From an uncultured Candidatus Saccharibacteria bacterium (GTDB lineage: Bacteria; Patescibacteriota; Doudnabacteria; UBA920), in contig CAYQEU010000001.1 of the NCBI GenBank assembly GCA_964416765.1, positions 212,480-276,479 on the forward strand: a DNA stretch of 64,000 nt, in the 5' to 3' direction. The notes beneath the pieces were generated by a model. The model was not told where the DNA came from. It saw nothing but the letters and a program-made list of their open reading frames with translations, and ran no database searches. Below are positions 10,732 through 21,005 of this stretch, piece by piece; position 1 is the stretch's first letter, and every line of letters begins with the position of its first letter. The translations under genes were made by a program, and so were the position numbers.

Positions 10732-11180
10732 TGCTATACGTCGCGTCAGACCATGGCGGCTACCGGTTAAAGGAAAGCCTGAAAAAGTTTATGAAGGCTG
10801 AAGGCATCAAATTTTCGGATTTGGGGCCGGCCCGGTTTAAGAAAGACGATGATTATGTTGATTACGCCGCCCTTGTCGCCAGAAAAGTGTCGGCAAACCC
10901 CGAACGGGATTTAGGTTTGCTGATTTGCCGCAGCGGCCAGGGTGTTGCCATTGTTGCCAACAAGTTTAAAGGCGTGAGAGCGGCGTTGTGCTGGAATGTT
11001 GCCGAAGCAAAAATGAGCCGCCAAGACGACATGAGCAACGTAATATGCTTGCCCGCTGATTATATTAGCCCCGCGTCGGCGGAGCGAGTCTTGGACACTT
11101 GGCTGACAACTTTTTATTCCAAAGAGGAGCGGCATGTGCGGAGGGTGAATAAAATCAAGCAACTGGAGAAAGGGAAGTAA
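10731..11180 (+). CDS. rpiB: Ribose-5-phosphate isomerase B
   Basis: SDHGG, DY, CRSGQG, ANKFKGVRA, RHVRRV. Confidence 0.93.
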   Translation: MLYVASDHGGYRLKESLKKFMKAEGIKFSDLGPARFKKDDDYVDYAALVARKVSANPERDLGLLICRSGQGVAIVANKFKGVRAALCWNVAEAKMSRQDDMSNVICLPADYISPASAERVLDTWLTTFYSKEERHVRRVNKIKQLEKGK

Positions 11181-11842
11181 TGTCGGTAATTGTTCCAGCC
11201 ATTCTTGAACAAACCCGCGAGGGGTTTGATGATAAGAATTTTATTATAGAGCGTATTAGCGGCGTGGAGCGAATCCATGTTGACTTTGCGGATGGCAAGT
11301 TTGTCCATTCTGAGACCCTAAAAGCTTCCGAGTTGGAAGGCCTCAACCCGGCTTTCAACTACGAGGCCCATTTGATGATTGCAGAGCCAGCTGACTTCTT
11401 AGATTACCAAATCGCGGGGTTTAAAACGGTTATTGTCCACTACGAAGCTTTTTCAAGCGAAGAGTCCATTGACCAAGCGGCGGTTGCCATCAAAAAACTG
11501 GGAATGCAGCCGGCCGTGGCCGTAAACCCAAACACTCCGGTGTCGGTGCTGCGTTATTTCGGCGACACTATCAGCAATTTTCTGGTTATGGGTGTCATTC
11601 CCGGAGCCCAGGGAAACCCATTTGTCCCAGAAACAGTTTCCCGCGTGGCGGAATTGAGGGCGTTATTGCCCCATGTTACAATAGAAGTAGACGGAGGGAT
11701 TAACTTCAGCAACGCAAAGGAAGTAATGGAGGCTGGAGCTGATTTGCTTGTGGTTGGTTCGGCGATTGTTAAAGCGGCTAGTCCGCAGGATGCCTACGCC
11801 GAAATCGAAACCACTCTTTTATCGGCCGAAACAAAAAATTGA
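11180..11842 (+). CDS. rpe: Ribulose-phosphate 3-epimerase
   Basis: HVDFADGKFV, EAHLM, M.V.PG, EVDGGIN, VVGSAI. Confidence 0.92.
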   Translation: MSVIVPAILEQTREGFDDKNFIIERISGVERIHVDFADGKFVHSETLKASELEGLNPAFNYEAHLMIAEPADFLDYQIAGFKTVIVHYEAFSSEESIDQAAVAIKKLGMQPAVAVNPNTPVSVLRYFGDTISNFLVMGVIPGAQGNPFVPETVSRVAELRALLPHVTIEVDGGINFSNAKEVMEAGADLLVVGSAIVKAASPQDAYAEIETTLLSAETKN

Positions 11843-12693
11843 TGCCCCAAATAAACATTAGTGAACTCGAATATAAAGCCAATGATATCCGCCAGGATAT
11901 TATTGACATGCTTGTCCAAGCTGGGAGCGGCCACTCCGCCGGGCCTTTAGATTTGGCCGAGGTATTCACCGCGCTATATTTTAATGTAATGAAACACGAC
12001 CCAACTCAGCCCAAGTGGGAGGCGCGGGACCGGCTAGTACTTTCATGCGGACATGTCTGTCCGGTGTTGTACGCGACTTTGGGCGAAGCCGGTTATTTTT
12101 CCAAAGAAGAGCTCAAAACACTCCGGAAGCTCGGTAGCCGGTTACAGGGTCATCCCCATAATTTAGCCTTGCCCGGTTTGGAAAGTTCTTCCGGCCCGCT
12201 GGCACAGGGTTCATCACAGGCGGTGGGCATGGCTTTGGCGCTGCGCCTCGATCGGTCCAGCTCGCGGGTATATTTGGTTATGTCTGATGGAGAACAGGAT
12301 GAAGGCCAGATTTGGGAAGCTGTCATGCTGGCGGGTAAAGAGAAGCTCCACAATCTTACGGCGATTATAGACCGCAACAACATCCAAATTGACGGTTACA
12401 CCGAAAATGTCATGCCACTTGAAGGCCTTAAAGCCAAGTACGAAGCTTTTAATTGGCATGTCATTGAAGTGGATGGGCACAACATCCGCGAGATCATTGA
12501 TGCTTGCAATGAAGCAAAAGCAATTTACGAAAAGCCGACCGTGATTATCGCACATACCATTCCCGGGAAAGGAGTTGATTTTATGGAAGGTAAATTTGAA
12601 TGGCACGGCAAACCGCCCAAGCCCGAAGAAGCAAAAGAGGCTTTGCATGAATTACGCACTTTAAGGGGCCAGATTAGGGGAGAGCACGAATGA
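11842..12693 (+). CDS. tkt: Transketolase N-terminal subunit
   Basis: GSGH, RDRLVLSCGH, LQGHP, SDGEQDEG..WEA, DRNNIQIDG, TIPGKG. Confidence 0.93.
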   Translation: MPQINISELEYKANDIRQDIIDMLVQAGSGHSAGPLDLAEVFTALYFNVMKHDPTQPKWEARDRLVLSCGHVCPVLYATLGEAGYFSKEELKTLRKLGSRLQGHPHNLALPGLESSSGPLAQGSSQAVGMALALRLDRSSSRVYLVMSDGEQDEGQIWEAVMLAGKEKLHNLTAIIDRNNIQIDGYTENVMPLEGLKAKYEAFNWHVIEVDGHNIREIIDACNEAKAIYEKPTVIIAHTIPGKGVDFMEGKFEWHGKPPKPEEAKEALHELRTLRGQIRGEHE

Positions 12694-13709
12694 TAAATGA
12701 ACACGCAAAATTAAACCCCGATATCGGAAAAGAAAACATTGAGCAAAAGCCCACGAGGGACGGTTTTGGCGATGCGTTAATGGAGCTTGGTGAACGGGAC
12801 GAAAAAGTCATGGCCCTAACGGGCGACTTGGCTGATTCAGTGCGCGTGGCCGAGTTCGCGAAAAAATATCCCGAACGGTTTATAGAATGCGGCGTGGCGG
12901 AGCAGAACATGATGGGTGTGGCCGCCGGGCTTGCTTTGGCCGGCAAGACGCCGTTCGTTTCTTCATATGCTGTTTTTTCTCCGGGCCGGTCTTGGGACCA
13001 GCTTCGGGTTTCGGTGGCTTATAGCCAGGCCAATGTAAAAGTGGCGGGAGCGCATACCGGAGTGTCCGTCGGGCCTGATGGCGCAACCCACCAGGCACTT
13101 GAAGATATCGCGATAACCCGCACTATTCCGAACCTGACCGTTATCGTTCCATGCGATTACTGGGAAACCAAGAAAGCGGCTTTGGCGCTGGGGGAAACCC
13201 AGGGACCCGCGTACTTCCGGTTTGGCCGCGAGAAAACCCCGGTGATTACCACCGAAGAGACCGTGTTCCAGGTGGGCAAAGCGGAAATATTCAAGGAAGG
13301 TACCCACGTGGCCTTAATTGGCTGCGGTCCGGTGCTATACAACGGGCTAATGGCCGCGCTGGAATTGGAACAGGAAGGCATCAGTGTTTTGGTAATAAAC
13401 AACCATACTATTAAACCCATTGATGTGGAAACCATTGTGTGGGCGGCTAAGCTAACCGGGGCCGTGGTAACGCTGGAGGAACACCAAGTCATGGGGGGAG
13501 CGGGAAGCGCGGTTATCGAAGTCTTAGCAAAGCATTACCCCGTGCCAGTTGAAATGGTGGGGATGCAGGACACGTTTGGCGAAAGCGGGGAACCCGATGA
13601 ATTGATTGCAAAGTACGGGATGCACAAGGAAAGTATCAAGGAGGCGATCAGAAAAGTTCTAAAACGCAAACCAGAAAAAACCACAGCTAAAAGAAAGGCA
13701 ACTAAATGA
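12690..13709 (+). CDS. tkt: Transketolase C-terminal subunit
   Basis: GVAEQNM, GPDGATHQ, EEHQ..GG, DTFGESG. Confidence 0.93.
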   Translation: MINEHAKLNPDIGKENIEQKPTRDGFGDALMELGERDEKVMALTGDLADSVRVAEFAKKYPERFIECGVAEQNMMGVAAGLALAGKTPFVSSYAVFSPGRSWDQLRVSVAYSQANVKVAGAHTGVSVGPDGATHQALEDIAITRTIPNLTVIVPCDYWETKKAALALGETQGPAYFRFGREKTPVITTEETVFQVGKAEIFKEGTHVALIGCGPVLYNGLMAALELEQEGISVLVINNHTIKPIDVETIVWAAKLTGAVVTLEEHQVMGGAGSAVIEVLAKHYPVPVEMVGMQDTFGESGEPDELIAKYGMHKESIKEAIRKVLKRKPEKTTAKRKATK

Positions 13710-14728
13710 AACCCAAGCACGATATCATTTCCATAGGGGACCCAACCATAGATACTTTTTTGCTTATCCATGACATCAAAATCAAGAATGTCAAAGGCCA
13801 CAAGGAAGCAATAATCAGTTGGGGAGACAAACTCCCGGTAGACCAATACTACCGCACCGTGGCCGGCAACGCGGCAAACAACGCGGTTGGTTCCGCGCGG
13901 TTAGGCTTAAAAACCGCTTACTACACGGTACTAGCCCACGACACTGGAGGACGCGAAATCATCCACAAGATGAAAAAGGAAAAAGTGGATACTGAGTACA
14001 TTATGATAGATGACAAGCATCCCACCAATGCTTCAACGGTGCTTAGCTATCTCGGCGAAAGAACTATTTTCGTGTATCATGTCCACCGCAAATATAAATT
14101 GCCGAAATTGGCACCGAGTAGGTGGGTTTACCTGACCAGTATGGGGCAGGGGTTTGAAAAAATTTATAAAGATTTGGCTGCTTACCTTGATAGAAACCAG
14201 GTTAAATTAGGGTTTAACCCCGGAACTTTCCAGCTCCGCGCCGGAGTAAAAGTTAACGCGCCTATGTTGAAACGCACTGACCTGCTCTCGTTAAATAAAG
14301 AAGAGGCCCAAAGCTGGGTTGGTAATTTTAGCGACCCGGAAGAACTTTGCAAGCGCCTGCGAAAACTGGGCCCCAAAGCTATCGCCCTTACGGATGGACG
14401 CAAGGGAGCATATAGTTATAGTGACGAAGGGTTTTATTACATTCCCGAATTCCCCGGGCCGCGCATTGAGGCTACCGGTGCGGGGGATGCCTTTACGACC
14501 GCCTACATTGGCGCTTTGGCTCTGGGCAAAAAGCACTCTGAAGCATTACAATGGGGTCCAATTAATGGCGGGAGCGTGGTATTGCAAATCGGACCGCAAG
14601 CGGGATTGCTCAGCCAGTCCCAAATACATAACCGTCTGCGCAAACTAAAGACTTTCCGGTCAATCAGCATTGATTCACCAGAAATAAAAAAGAAAGTTGC
14701 AAAATTAGTAGCCAAGAAAAAGGACTAA
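13706..14728 (+). CDS. PfkB/ribokinase-family carbohydrate kinase
   Basis: AGNAANNAVG.ARLG, NPG, NKEEA, EATGAGDAF. Confidence 0.9.
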   Translation: MKPKHDIISIGDPTIDTFLLIHDIKIKNVKGHKEAIISWGDKLPVDQYYRTVAGNAANNAVGSARLGLKTAYYTVLAHDTGGREIIHKMKKEKVDTEYIMIDDKHPTNASTVLSYLGERTIFVYHVHRKYKLPKLAPSRWVYLTSMGQGFEKIYKDLAAYLDRNQVKLGFNPGTFQLRAGVKVNAPMLKRTDLLSLNKEEAQSWVGNFSDPEELCKRLRKLGPKAIALTDGRKGAYSYSDEGFYYIPEFPGPRIEATGAGDAFTTAYIGALALGKKHSEALQWGPINGGSVVLQIGPQAGLLSQSQIHNRLRKLKTFRSISIDSPEIKKKVAKLVAKKKD

Positions 14729-14729
14729 T

Positions 14730-14942
14730 ATGCCCATAGCCGGACAGAAAATGCATGACCCTAACATCCGATTGCGGCTCTTGCTGTTAGTGTTCGGCGG
14801 ATTGGTGGCCAGCGCCGCCCTATTGTACTGGCGTTCCGAGTATTTGGTGAGCCAGGAATACATTGATTTTCCGTCGAAAAAGCACATCACGATCCAGCAG
14901 CATTCGAACGTCCCCAAGGGTTACGAAGACTTATATAAATAA
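14730..14942 (+). CDS. Small single-TM hypothetical protein
   Basis: 70-aa ORF that fills the gap between pfkB and gap; one hydrophobic helix. Confidence 0.55.
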   Translation: MPIAGQKMHDPNIRLRLLLLVFGGLVASAALLYWRSEYLVSQEYIDFPSKKHITIQQHSNVPKGYEDLYK

Positions 14943-14958
14943 TTAAAAACATAAAGAT

Positions 14959-15987
14959 ATGGCAGATAAAGTAAAATTAGCCATTAACGGCTTTGGCCGC
15001 ATTGGCCGCGAAGCTTTTAAGATCGCTTTGGACAAACCCGAAATCGAGGTAGTGGGCATCAATGACTTAACCTCACCGGCTGTTTTGGCGCAGCTTCTTA
15101 AGTTTGACAGCAACTACGGGCCTTACCACCGCGAAGTGTCAGCTGATGAAACCCATATTATAGTAGACGGCAAATCCTACGCCGTGACCGCGGAAAAAGA
15201 CCCGGCCGCTTTGCCGTGGGGCAAATTGGACGTTGACGTGGTTATTGAAAGCACAGGCCGGTTTACCGATCAGGAAAAAGCTTCCGCTCATTTGAAAGCC
15301 GGCGCTAAGAAAGTCATTATTTCAGCCCCGGCAAAAGATGAAGGCATTACCAAAACTTTTGTCCTAGGGGTGAACGAGCATGATTACAACGGGGAACAGA
15401 TTATCAGCAACGCCTCCTGCACCACCAACTGCATTACCCCGGTCGCCGCGGTATTGCATTCGACCTTTGGGATAGAAAAAATAATGATGACCACCATTCA
15501 CAGCTACACCGCGGAACAGAATTTGGTTGACGGTCCTCCTCCGGGCGGACACTCCAACGACATGCGCCGCGCCCGCGCGGCCGCGGTCAACATTGTTCCC
15601 ACCACGACCGGCGCCGCTATTTCCGCCGCCCAGGTAATCCCGGAACTTAAAGGGTTGTTTAACGGCCTTTCCATCCGCGTTCCAACCCCGGTCGGTTCCC
15701 TCTCCGACTTCGTCGCGTTGTTAAAAAAGAATGTCACCGTTGAAGAAGTTAACCAGGCGTTCATTAACGCCAGCCAGAACCCGATGTTCCTGGGGAAACT
15801 GGTGGTAACTGACGAACCGGTGGTATCGTCGGACATTGTGGGCAATCCGGCTTCGGCCATAGTTGACTTATCCCTGACCCAGGTGGTTGACGGCAACTTT
15901 GTGAAAATAGTCGCCTGGTACGATAACGAATGTGGTTATTCCAATCGTCTTGTCGAACAAGTAATCCTAGTTGGCCAGCACCAATAA
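14959..15987 (+). CDS. gap: Glyceraldehyde-3-phosphate dehydrogenase type I
   Basis: AINGFGRIGR, SNASCTTNC, RVPT, WYDNE. Confidence 0.98.
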   Translation: MADKVKLAINGFGRIGREAFKIALDKPEIEVVGINDLTSPAVLAQLLKFDSNYGPYHREVSADETHIIVDGKSYAVTAEKDPAALPWGKLDVDVVIESTGRFTDQEKASAHLKAGAKKVIISAPAKDEGITKTFVLGVNEHDYNGEQIISNASCTTNCITPVAAVLHSTFGIEKIMMTTIHSYTAEQNLVDGPPPGGHSNDMRRARAAAVNIVPTTTGAAISAAQVIPELKGLFNGLSIRVPTPVGSLSDFVALLKKNVTVEEVNQAFINASQNPMFLGKLVVTDEPVVSSDIVGNPASAIVDLSLTQVVDGNFVKIVAWYDNECGYSNRLVEQVILVGQHQ

Positions 15988-17228
15988 TGCCCATAAGATT
16001 CATTAAAAATTCCAGCAAGCTGAAGGACAAACGCGTGTTTTTGCGTTTGGATTTTAATGAAGAAGTTGACCATGGAAAACTCCTGGATGACTTTCGGCTC
16101 CGTTCCGTGGTCCCTACGGTTGAGCTGTTGTTAAAGCAAAACTGCCGGGTGATAATTGGCAGTCATATGGGGCGACCCGAAGGGAAGAAGGACAAGAAAT
16201 ATTCTTTACTCCCAGCGGCCCGCCACTTCGCCCAATTGCTCGGGAGACAGTTTGTGGAAAGTGGTGACCATATTCCCACTAACGCCGCGGGGAAGGCGGT
16301 TTTCTTTACCGGCGATATTACCGAGCATGAAATGCGCGAAAAAGTGGCTGGTGCCGAGGGGGCTGACCTAATCATTTTGGAAAACCTCCGTTTCTACAAA
16401 GGTGAGGAAGATAACGGGGTGTTGTTTTCGGAACAGTTGGCCAGTATGGCCGACGTTTACGTAAACGATGCTTTTGCCGTCTGTCACCGCAAAGCAGCGT
16501 CGGTAGCGGGGATAACCAAGTACCTGCCTTCATTTGGCGGGCTGCTTCTGGAAAAAGAAATAGCGGCCCTGAACCGCGTCATGAACAAACCTCAGTCGCC
16601 ATTTGTCCTGGTCATGGGAGGAATAAAAATTTCCGACAAGCAAAACACTTTGCAAAACCTTGGCCGCAAAGCGGATTACATCCTCCTCGGAGGCGGGCTG
16701 GCTAACCTGATGTTAAAGGCTCAAGGGTATGAAATTGGCTTGTCCAAAAGCGAAGACAATCCCCAGACGCGCAAAGTTGCTGACTTTATACTCAAAAATT
16801 TTAAGTCCAAAATAGTGTTGCCCCGTGACGTTGTGGTGGCAAAATCCCTGACCCGCAAATCCACGATAAAGGTGGTACCGGCCTACCAGGTCAAAAAAGA
16901 TGATATTATTTTTGATATCGGGCCGCAGGCTATTTTGGACTTCGCGGGCTACATAAAAAAAGCCAAAACCGTGGTATGGAACGGCCCGCTGGGCCATTTT
17001 GAAGTGAAGCCTTTCCACACTGCCACCATGGCGCTGGCTCGCGTACTCGGTGGCGTTGCCAGTCGTACCGCTTTTGGTGTTGTTGGCGGCGGTGAGACCG
17101 TGACGGCGGTGGAGAGGAGCCACCAGGCCCCGCACATTGACCATGTTTCCACCGGCGGCGGCGCTATGTTGGAATATTTGGCAGGCACTAAGCTTCCCGC
17201 GCTCCAGGCGTTGGAAGAAAGTAAATAG
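15987..17228 (+). CDS. pgk: Phosphoglycerate kinase
   Basis: RLDFN, SHMGRP, LENLRF, VNDAF, WNGPLG, GGGET, STGGGA; ATG overlaps the gap TAA. Confidence 0.96.
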   Translation: MPIRFIKNSSKLKDKRVFLRLDFNEEVDHGKLLDDFRLRSVVPTVELLLKQNCRVIIGSHMGRPEGKKDKKYSLLPAARHFAQLLGRQFVESGDHIPTNAAGKAVFFTGDITEHEMREKVAGAEGADLIILENLRFYKGEEDNGVLFSEQLASMADVYVNDAFAVCHRKAASVAGITKYLPSFGGLLLEKEIAALNRVMNKPQSPFVLVMGGIKISDKQNTLQNLGRKADYILLGGGLANLMLKAQGYEIGLSKSEDNPQTRKVADFILKNFKSKIVLPRDVVVAKSLTRKSTIKVVPAYQVKKDDIIFDIGPQAILDFAGYIKKAKTVVWNGPLGHFEVKPFHTATMALARVLGGVASRTAFGVVGGGETVTAVERSHQAPHIDHVSTGGGAMLEYLAGTKLPALQALEESK

Positions 17229-18854
17229 ATGGAACAAAAAAAATATAAAAAAGTCGTTCTCGTGGTGCTCGATGGTTTTGGCGTGGCCTCTTACGGCCAT
17301 GGCAATGCCATCGCGCAGGCACGCCCCGAAGTCCTTGATTACATCGTGGGACATTACCCAAGCATAACACTGCAGGCTTCCGGCCCTTTGGTCGGCTTGC
17401 CTTGGGGTGAAATGGGGAATTCAGAAGTGGGACACTTAAATATTGGCGCTGGCCGCATTGTAGGCCAAGACTTGGGCCGCATTAATTCTGATATCCAAAC
17501 GCGGCAATTCTTCCAAAACCAGGCGTTTTTAGCGGCCTGTGAACACGTTAAAGAACACGGCTCCCGTCTCCATTTGGCCGGCATGATTTCCGGGGGAAAC
17601 GTACACAGTTCCGATGAGCATCTGTACGCGCTGCTTGCGTTGGCGGCGGAACAGGGGATAAAGGAAGTTTACATACACATGTTTACCGATGGGCGTGATA
17701 CCGGGGAGAAAGTCGCCCTGGATAGCATCAGCAAATTGAACCAAAAGATTGGCGAAATAGGGGTGGGGAGAGTCGCCAGCATCGCCGGGCGGTTTTACGC
17801 CATGGACCGAGGCAAGCACTGGGACCAAACCGAAATGACTTACCAAGCCATGGTAAATGGCATTGGTGTGGCCGCTTACAGTCCGGAGGACGCGATTTTG
17901 GATTCCTACAACCACGCTGTTTATGATGAAATGATCCGTCCGACTGTGATTGTCACCGACCCTGAAGAGTCCGGGGCCATGAAGCCAGTCGGGAAGATAG
18001 AAGAACATGATTCCGTGATCTTTTTCAATTTCCGGCAAGACCGGGCCACCCAGTTGGTACAAGCTTTTGTGAGCCCTGAAGTAATGAATTTGTCTTCGCA
18101 CCACGAAGCACCAGCAGACTTATGCATCGTCACCATGACCGAGTATTATTTCGGTCTCCCGGTAAAAATCGCCTACCCGACCCAGCCACTTGTTAACAAC
18201 TTATCCGAAGTCCTTTCCAAAGCGGGCTTAACCCAGTACCATATCGCAGAAAGCGAAAAATACGCGCACGTTACTTCCTTTTTTAACGGCGGCGTGAGCG
18301 ACCCCATGCCCGGGGAAGAACACCACATTGTGAAAAGCCCGGCTGACAACTCCAACAACTACTTTGACCATCCCGAGATGTCGGGCATGGAAATAACGGA
18401 TATCCTCGTGGACAAGATCCAGCATTCTGACATGAATTTCCTGCTGGCAAACTACGCGAATGGCGATATGGTTGGTCATACCGGCAACCTCGAAGCAGCC
18501 ATCAAAGCGGTAAAGTACCTGGACCGGTTTTTGGAAAAAGTCATGGAAGCATCTTTAGCTGCTGAGGCGGCCCTGATAATAACCGCTGACCACGGCAACG
18601 TGGAGCAAATGATAAATATCAAGACCGGCCAAATCGACAAGGACCACACTACCAACCCGGTGCCGTTCCTTTTGGTGGCCAGGGAATTTTGTTATGAAAC
18701 CCCGAAAAGCCGGGATTATCTATCATTGTCCTCCAGGGTTCCAGAAGGGGTAATCAGTGACATCGCTCCCACTATACTGGCACTTATGGGGCTTCCAAAA
18801 CCGCCGGAAATGACGGGAATTAACCTTCTTGAGACGTTGGAAACCGCTTCCTGA
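17229..18854 (+). CDS. gpmI: 2,3-BPG-independent phosphoglycerate mutase
   Basis: LDGFG, MGNSEVGH, DGRD, GRFYAMDR, NFRQDR, EKYAHVT, DMVGHTG, TADHGN. Confidence 0.97.
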   Translation: MEQKKYKKVVLVVLDGFGVASYGHGNAIAQARPEVLDYIVGHYPSITLQASGPLVGLPWGEMGNSEVGHLNIGAGRIVGQDLGRINSDIQTRQFFQNQAFLAACEHVKEHGSRLHLAGMISGGNVHSSDEHLYALLALAAEQGIKEVYIHMFTDGRDTGEKVALDSISKLNQKIGEIGVGRVASIAGRFYAMDRGKHWDQTEMTYQAMVNGIGVAAYSPEDAILDSYNHAVYDEMIRPTVIVTDPEESGAMKPVGKIEEHDSVIFFNFRQDRATQLVQAFVSPEVMNLSSHHEAPADLCIVTMTEYYFGLPVKIAYPTQPLVNNLSEVLSKAGLTQYHIAESEKYAHVTSFFNGGVSDPMPGEEHHIVKSPADNSNNYFDHPEMSGMEITDILVDKIQHSDMNFLLANYANGDMVGHTGNLEAAIKAVKYLDRFLEKVMEASLAAEAALIITADHGNVEQMINIKTGQIDKDHTTNPVPFLLVAREFCYETPKSRDYLSLSSRVPEGVISDIAPTILALMGLPKPPEMTGINLLETLETAS

Positions 18855-18871
18855 ACATGGTAGAATGAGGA

Positions 18872-20620
18872 ATGGCTAAACAATGGCTAATTTCTCCTGA
18901 AGTACCTTCTGAATACACAGAACAGTTCCCCGAACAGAACCGTTTAGTTTTGCAGTTGCTCCACAATCGCGGCATTCCAGCCGTAAAGGTGGAGCATTTT
19001 TTGCAACCGGAATATGGAAACCTGTACAGCCCATTCCTGTTCCAGGAGATGGAAAAGGCCGTGGACCGGATTTGGGAAGCTATCGAGAAAAAACAGTCCA
19101 TTGTTATTTATAGTGATTACGACGCTGACGCGGTTACGGCCAACGCGCTATTACACCAAACTTTCCGCTATCTCGGCGTAGAGGTAAAGAGCTATATCCC
19201 GGACCGGTTTAGCGAGGGGTACGGTTTGAACGTTGATGCTTTCCGGCGGCTAAAGGAACAGGGCGCGGAAGTGGTCATTACCGTTGACTGCGGCACCAAC
19301 TCGGTGGCCGAAGCGAAGTTTTGCGCGGAAAATGGAATTGACTTGATCATTACCGACCACCATGAAATAACCGGGGATACACCCGAAGCTTACGCCTTGA
19401 TAAACCCAAAGAACCCTGCCGACTTGTATCCTGACAGCCAGATTACAGGCGTGGGAGTGGCTTATAAACTCGCCGCAGCGCTACTGTCCAACCAAGTTAA
19501 AGTTACCGCGGCAAAAAATATCCCTGAAGAAGAATACGTGCCGGAATGGGACAAGTGGTTGCTTGATTTAGTCGCTATCGGGACCGTGGCTGACGTGCAC
19601 TCCCTCCTGGGCGAAAACCGGATCTTGGTAAAGTTTGGGCTGAGGGTTTTATCCAAGACAAAATGGATCGGCCTGCGTCAGCTTATGGAAAACGCGGGGT
19701 TGGATTACGCTCATGAAAAAATGGATACCCGGACGATTGGGTTTTCCATCGCCCCACGCATCAACGCCGCCGGACGCATGGAGCACGCTGATCTCGCATT
19801 GCAATTGCTTATAACGGAAGATTTTGCCGAAGCTATTGAGCTTTCAAACCGGCTCGAAGAAATAAACCGTCGTCGGAAGGATATGACCGCGCGCATTGTT
19901 TCCGAAGCCAAAACCGAGGCTGAGTTAATTTTAGACCGCCGCGTGCTAATGCTGGCCAACCCCAACTGGCCGAAAGGTTTGGTGGGAATAGTGGCGGGCA
20001 AACTCGCCGACCAGTACAAGAAGCCGGTTTTAGTGCTGGAAAAAGGGGATAGCGAGTCCACCGGCTCGGCCCGCAGCGCCGGTGATTTTGATATCGTGGA
20101 GTGCCTTAAAGTCCATTCCCACTTATTGGTTAAATTCGGCGGGCACAAGCAGGCGGCCGGGCTGACCTTGAAGTCAGAAAATTTGGAAATATTTTACCAG
20201 GAAATTTTACGGTTCGCCGAAAACCGCCCAGAAGCCGAAAACAAGCAGGACATTTTGCAGCTTGAAGCCGAGTTAAAGCCGGAAGAGTTAACGATGGAAA
20301 CCGCGGAAGATATTGCCCGGCTGGAGCCCTATGGGGCCGAAAATCCGGTACCCGCGTTCATGGTCAAAGACGCCGTGGTGGTGAATTTCCGTTTGGTTGG
20401 AGCGGGCCAAAAACATATTCAGCTAAACGTGCGGGTCGGGGAAATGACCTTGGACTGCATCGGGTTCAACCTGGGTTACCTGGCACCCCGGATTGCCGCG
20501 GGAATGAAACTGGAATTGGCCGGTGAACTGATTACTGATTCATGGCAGGGAATAAAGAGACTAAAGTTAAAATTAATTGATGTTAAAATAATCGAAAATG
20601 TCGAAACAGTTAACAATTAA
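18872..20620 (+). CDS. recJ: ssDNA exonuclease RecJ
   Basis: DYDADA, TVDCG, TDHH, PRINAAGR, GSARS, FGGH.QAAG. Confidence 0.96.
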   Translation: MAKQWLISPEVPSEYTEQFPEQNRLVLQLLHNRGIPAVKVEHFLQPEYGNLYSPFLFQEMEKAVDRIWEAIEKKQSIVIYSDYDADAVTANALLHQTFRYLGVEVKSYIPDRFSEGYGLNVDAFRRLKEQGAEVVITVDCGTNSVAEAKFCAENGIDLIITDHHEITGDTPEAYALINPKNPADLYPDSQITGVGVAYKLAAALLSNQVKVTAAKNIPEEEYVPEWDKWLLDLVAIGTVADVHSLLGENRILVKFGLRVLSKTKWIGLRQLMENAGLDYAHEKMDTRTIGFSIAPRINAAGRMEHADLALQLLITEDFAEAIELSNRLEEINRRRKDMTARIVSEAKTEAELILDRRVLMLANPNWPKGLVGIVAGKLADQYKKPVLVLEKGDSESTGSARSAGDFDIVECLKVHSHLLVKFGGHKQAAGLTLKSENLEIFYQEILRFAENRPEAENKQDILQLEAELKPEELTMETAEDIARLEPYGAENPVPAFMVKDAVVVNFRLVGAGQKHIQLNVRVGEMTLDCIGFNLGYLAPRIAAGMKLELAGELITDSWQGIKRLKLKLIDVKIIENVETVNN

Positions 20621-21005
20621 CACTGACGGGGGAGCTCGCGGTAACCCCGGCCCCGCCGCCATTGGCGTGGTTATCCGCGACGAGGTCGGAGAAGTAATTT
20701 TTGAGCACGGGAGTTACATTGGCGAGACGACCAATAACATTGCCGAGTACAGTGCTTTGATTAAAGCGCTGGAAACCGCCCGTGACCTTGGCGCCGACGA
20801 AGTTAAAATTAACATGGATTCCGAGCTGATAGTCAAACAGATGCTCGGCCAGTATAAAATAAAGCAGCCAGCTCTGCAGGAACTGGCCGCGCAAGTCATA
20901 AAATTATTGAAAAACTTTTCCCGGTACAGTTTTAGCCACGTGCGCCGTGAATTCAATAAGGACGCTGACGCCATGGTAAACCAGGCGCTCGACGCCCGTA
21001 TGTAA
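20598..21005 (+). CDS. rnhA: Ribonuclease HI
   Basis: TDGGARGNPGPA, TNNIAEY, DSELIV, HVRREFNKDAD. Confidence 0.93.
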   Translation: MSKQLTINTDGGARGNPGPAAIGVVIRDEVGEVIFEHGSYIGETTNNIAEYSALIKALETARDLGADEVKINMDSELIVKQMLGQYKIKQPALQELAAQVIKLLKNFSRYSFSHVRREFNKDADAMVNQALDARM

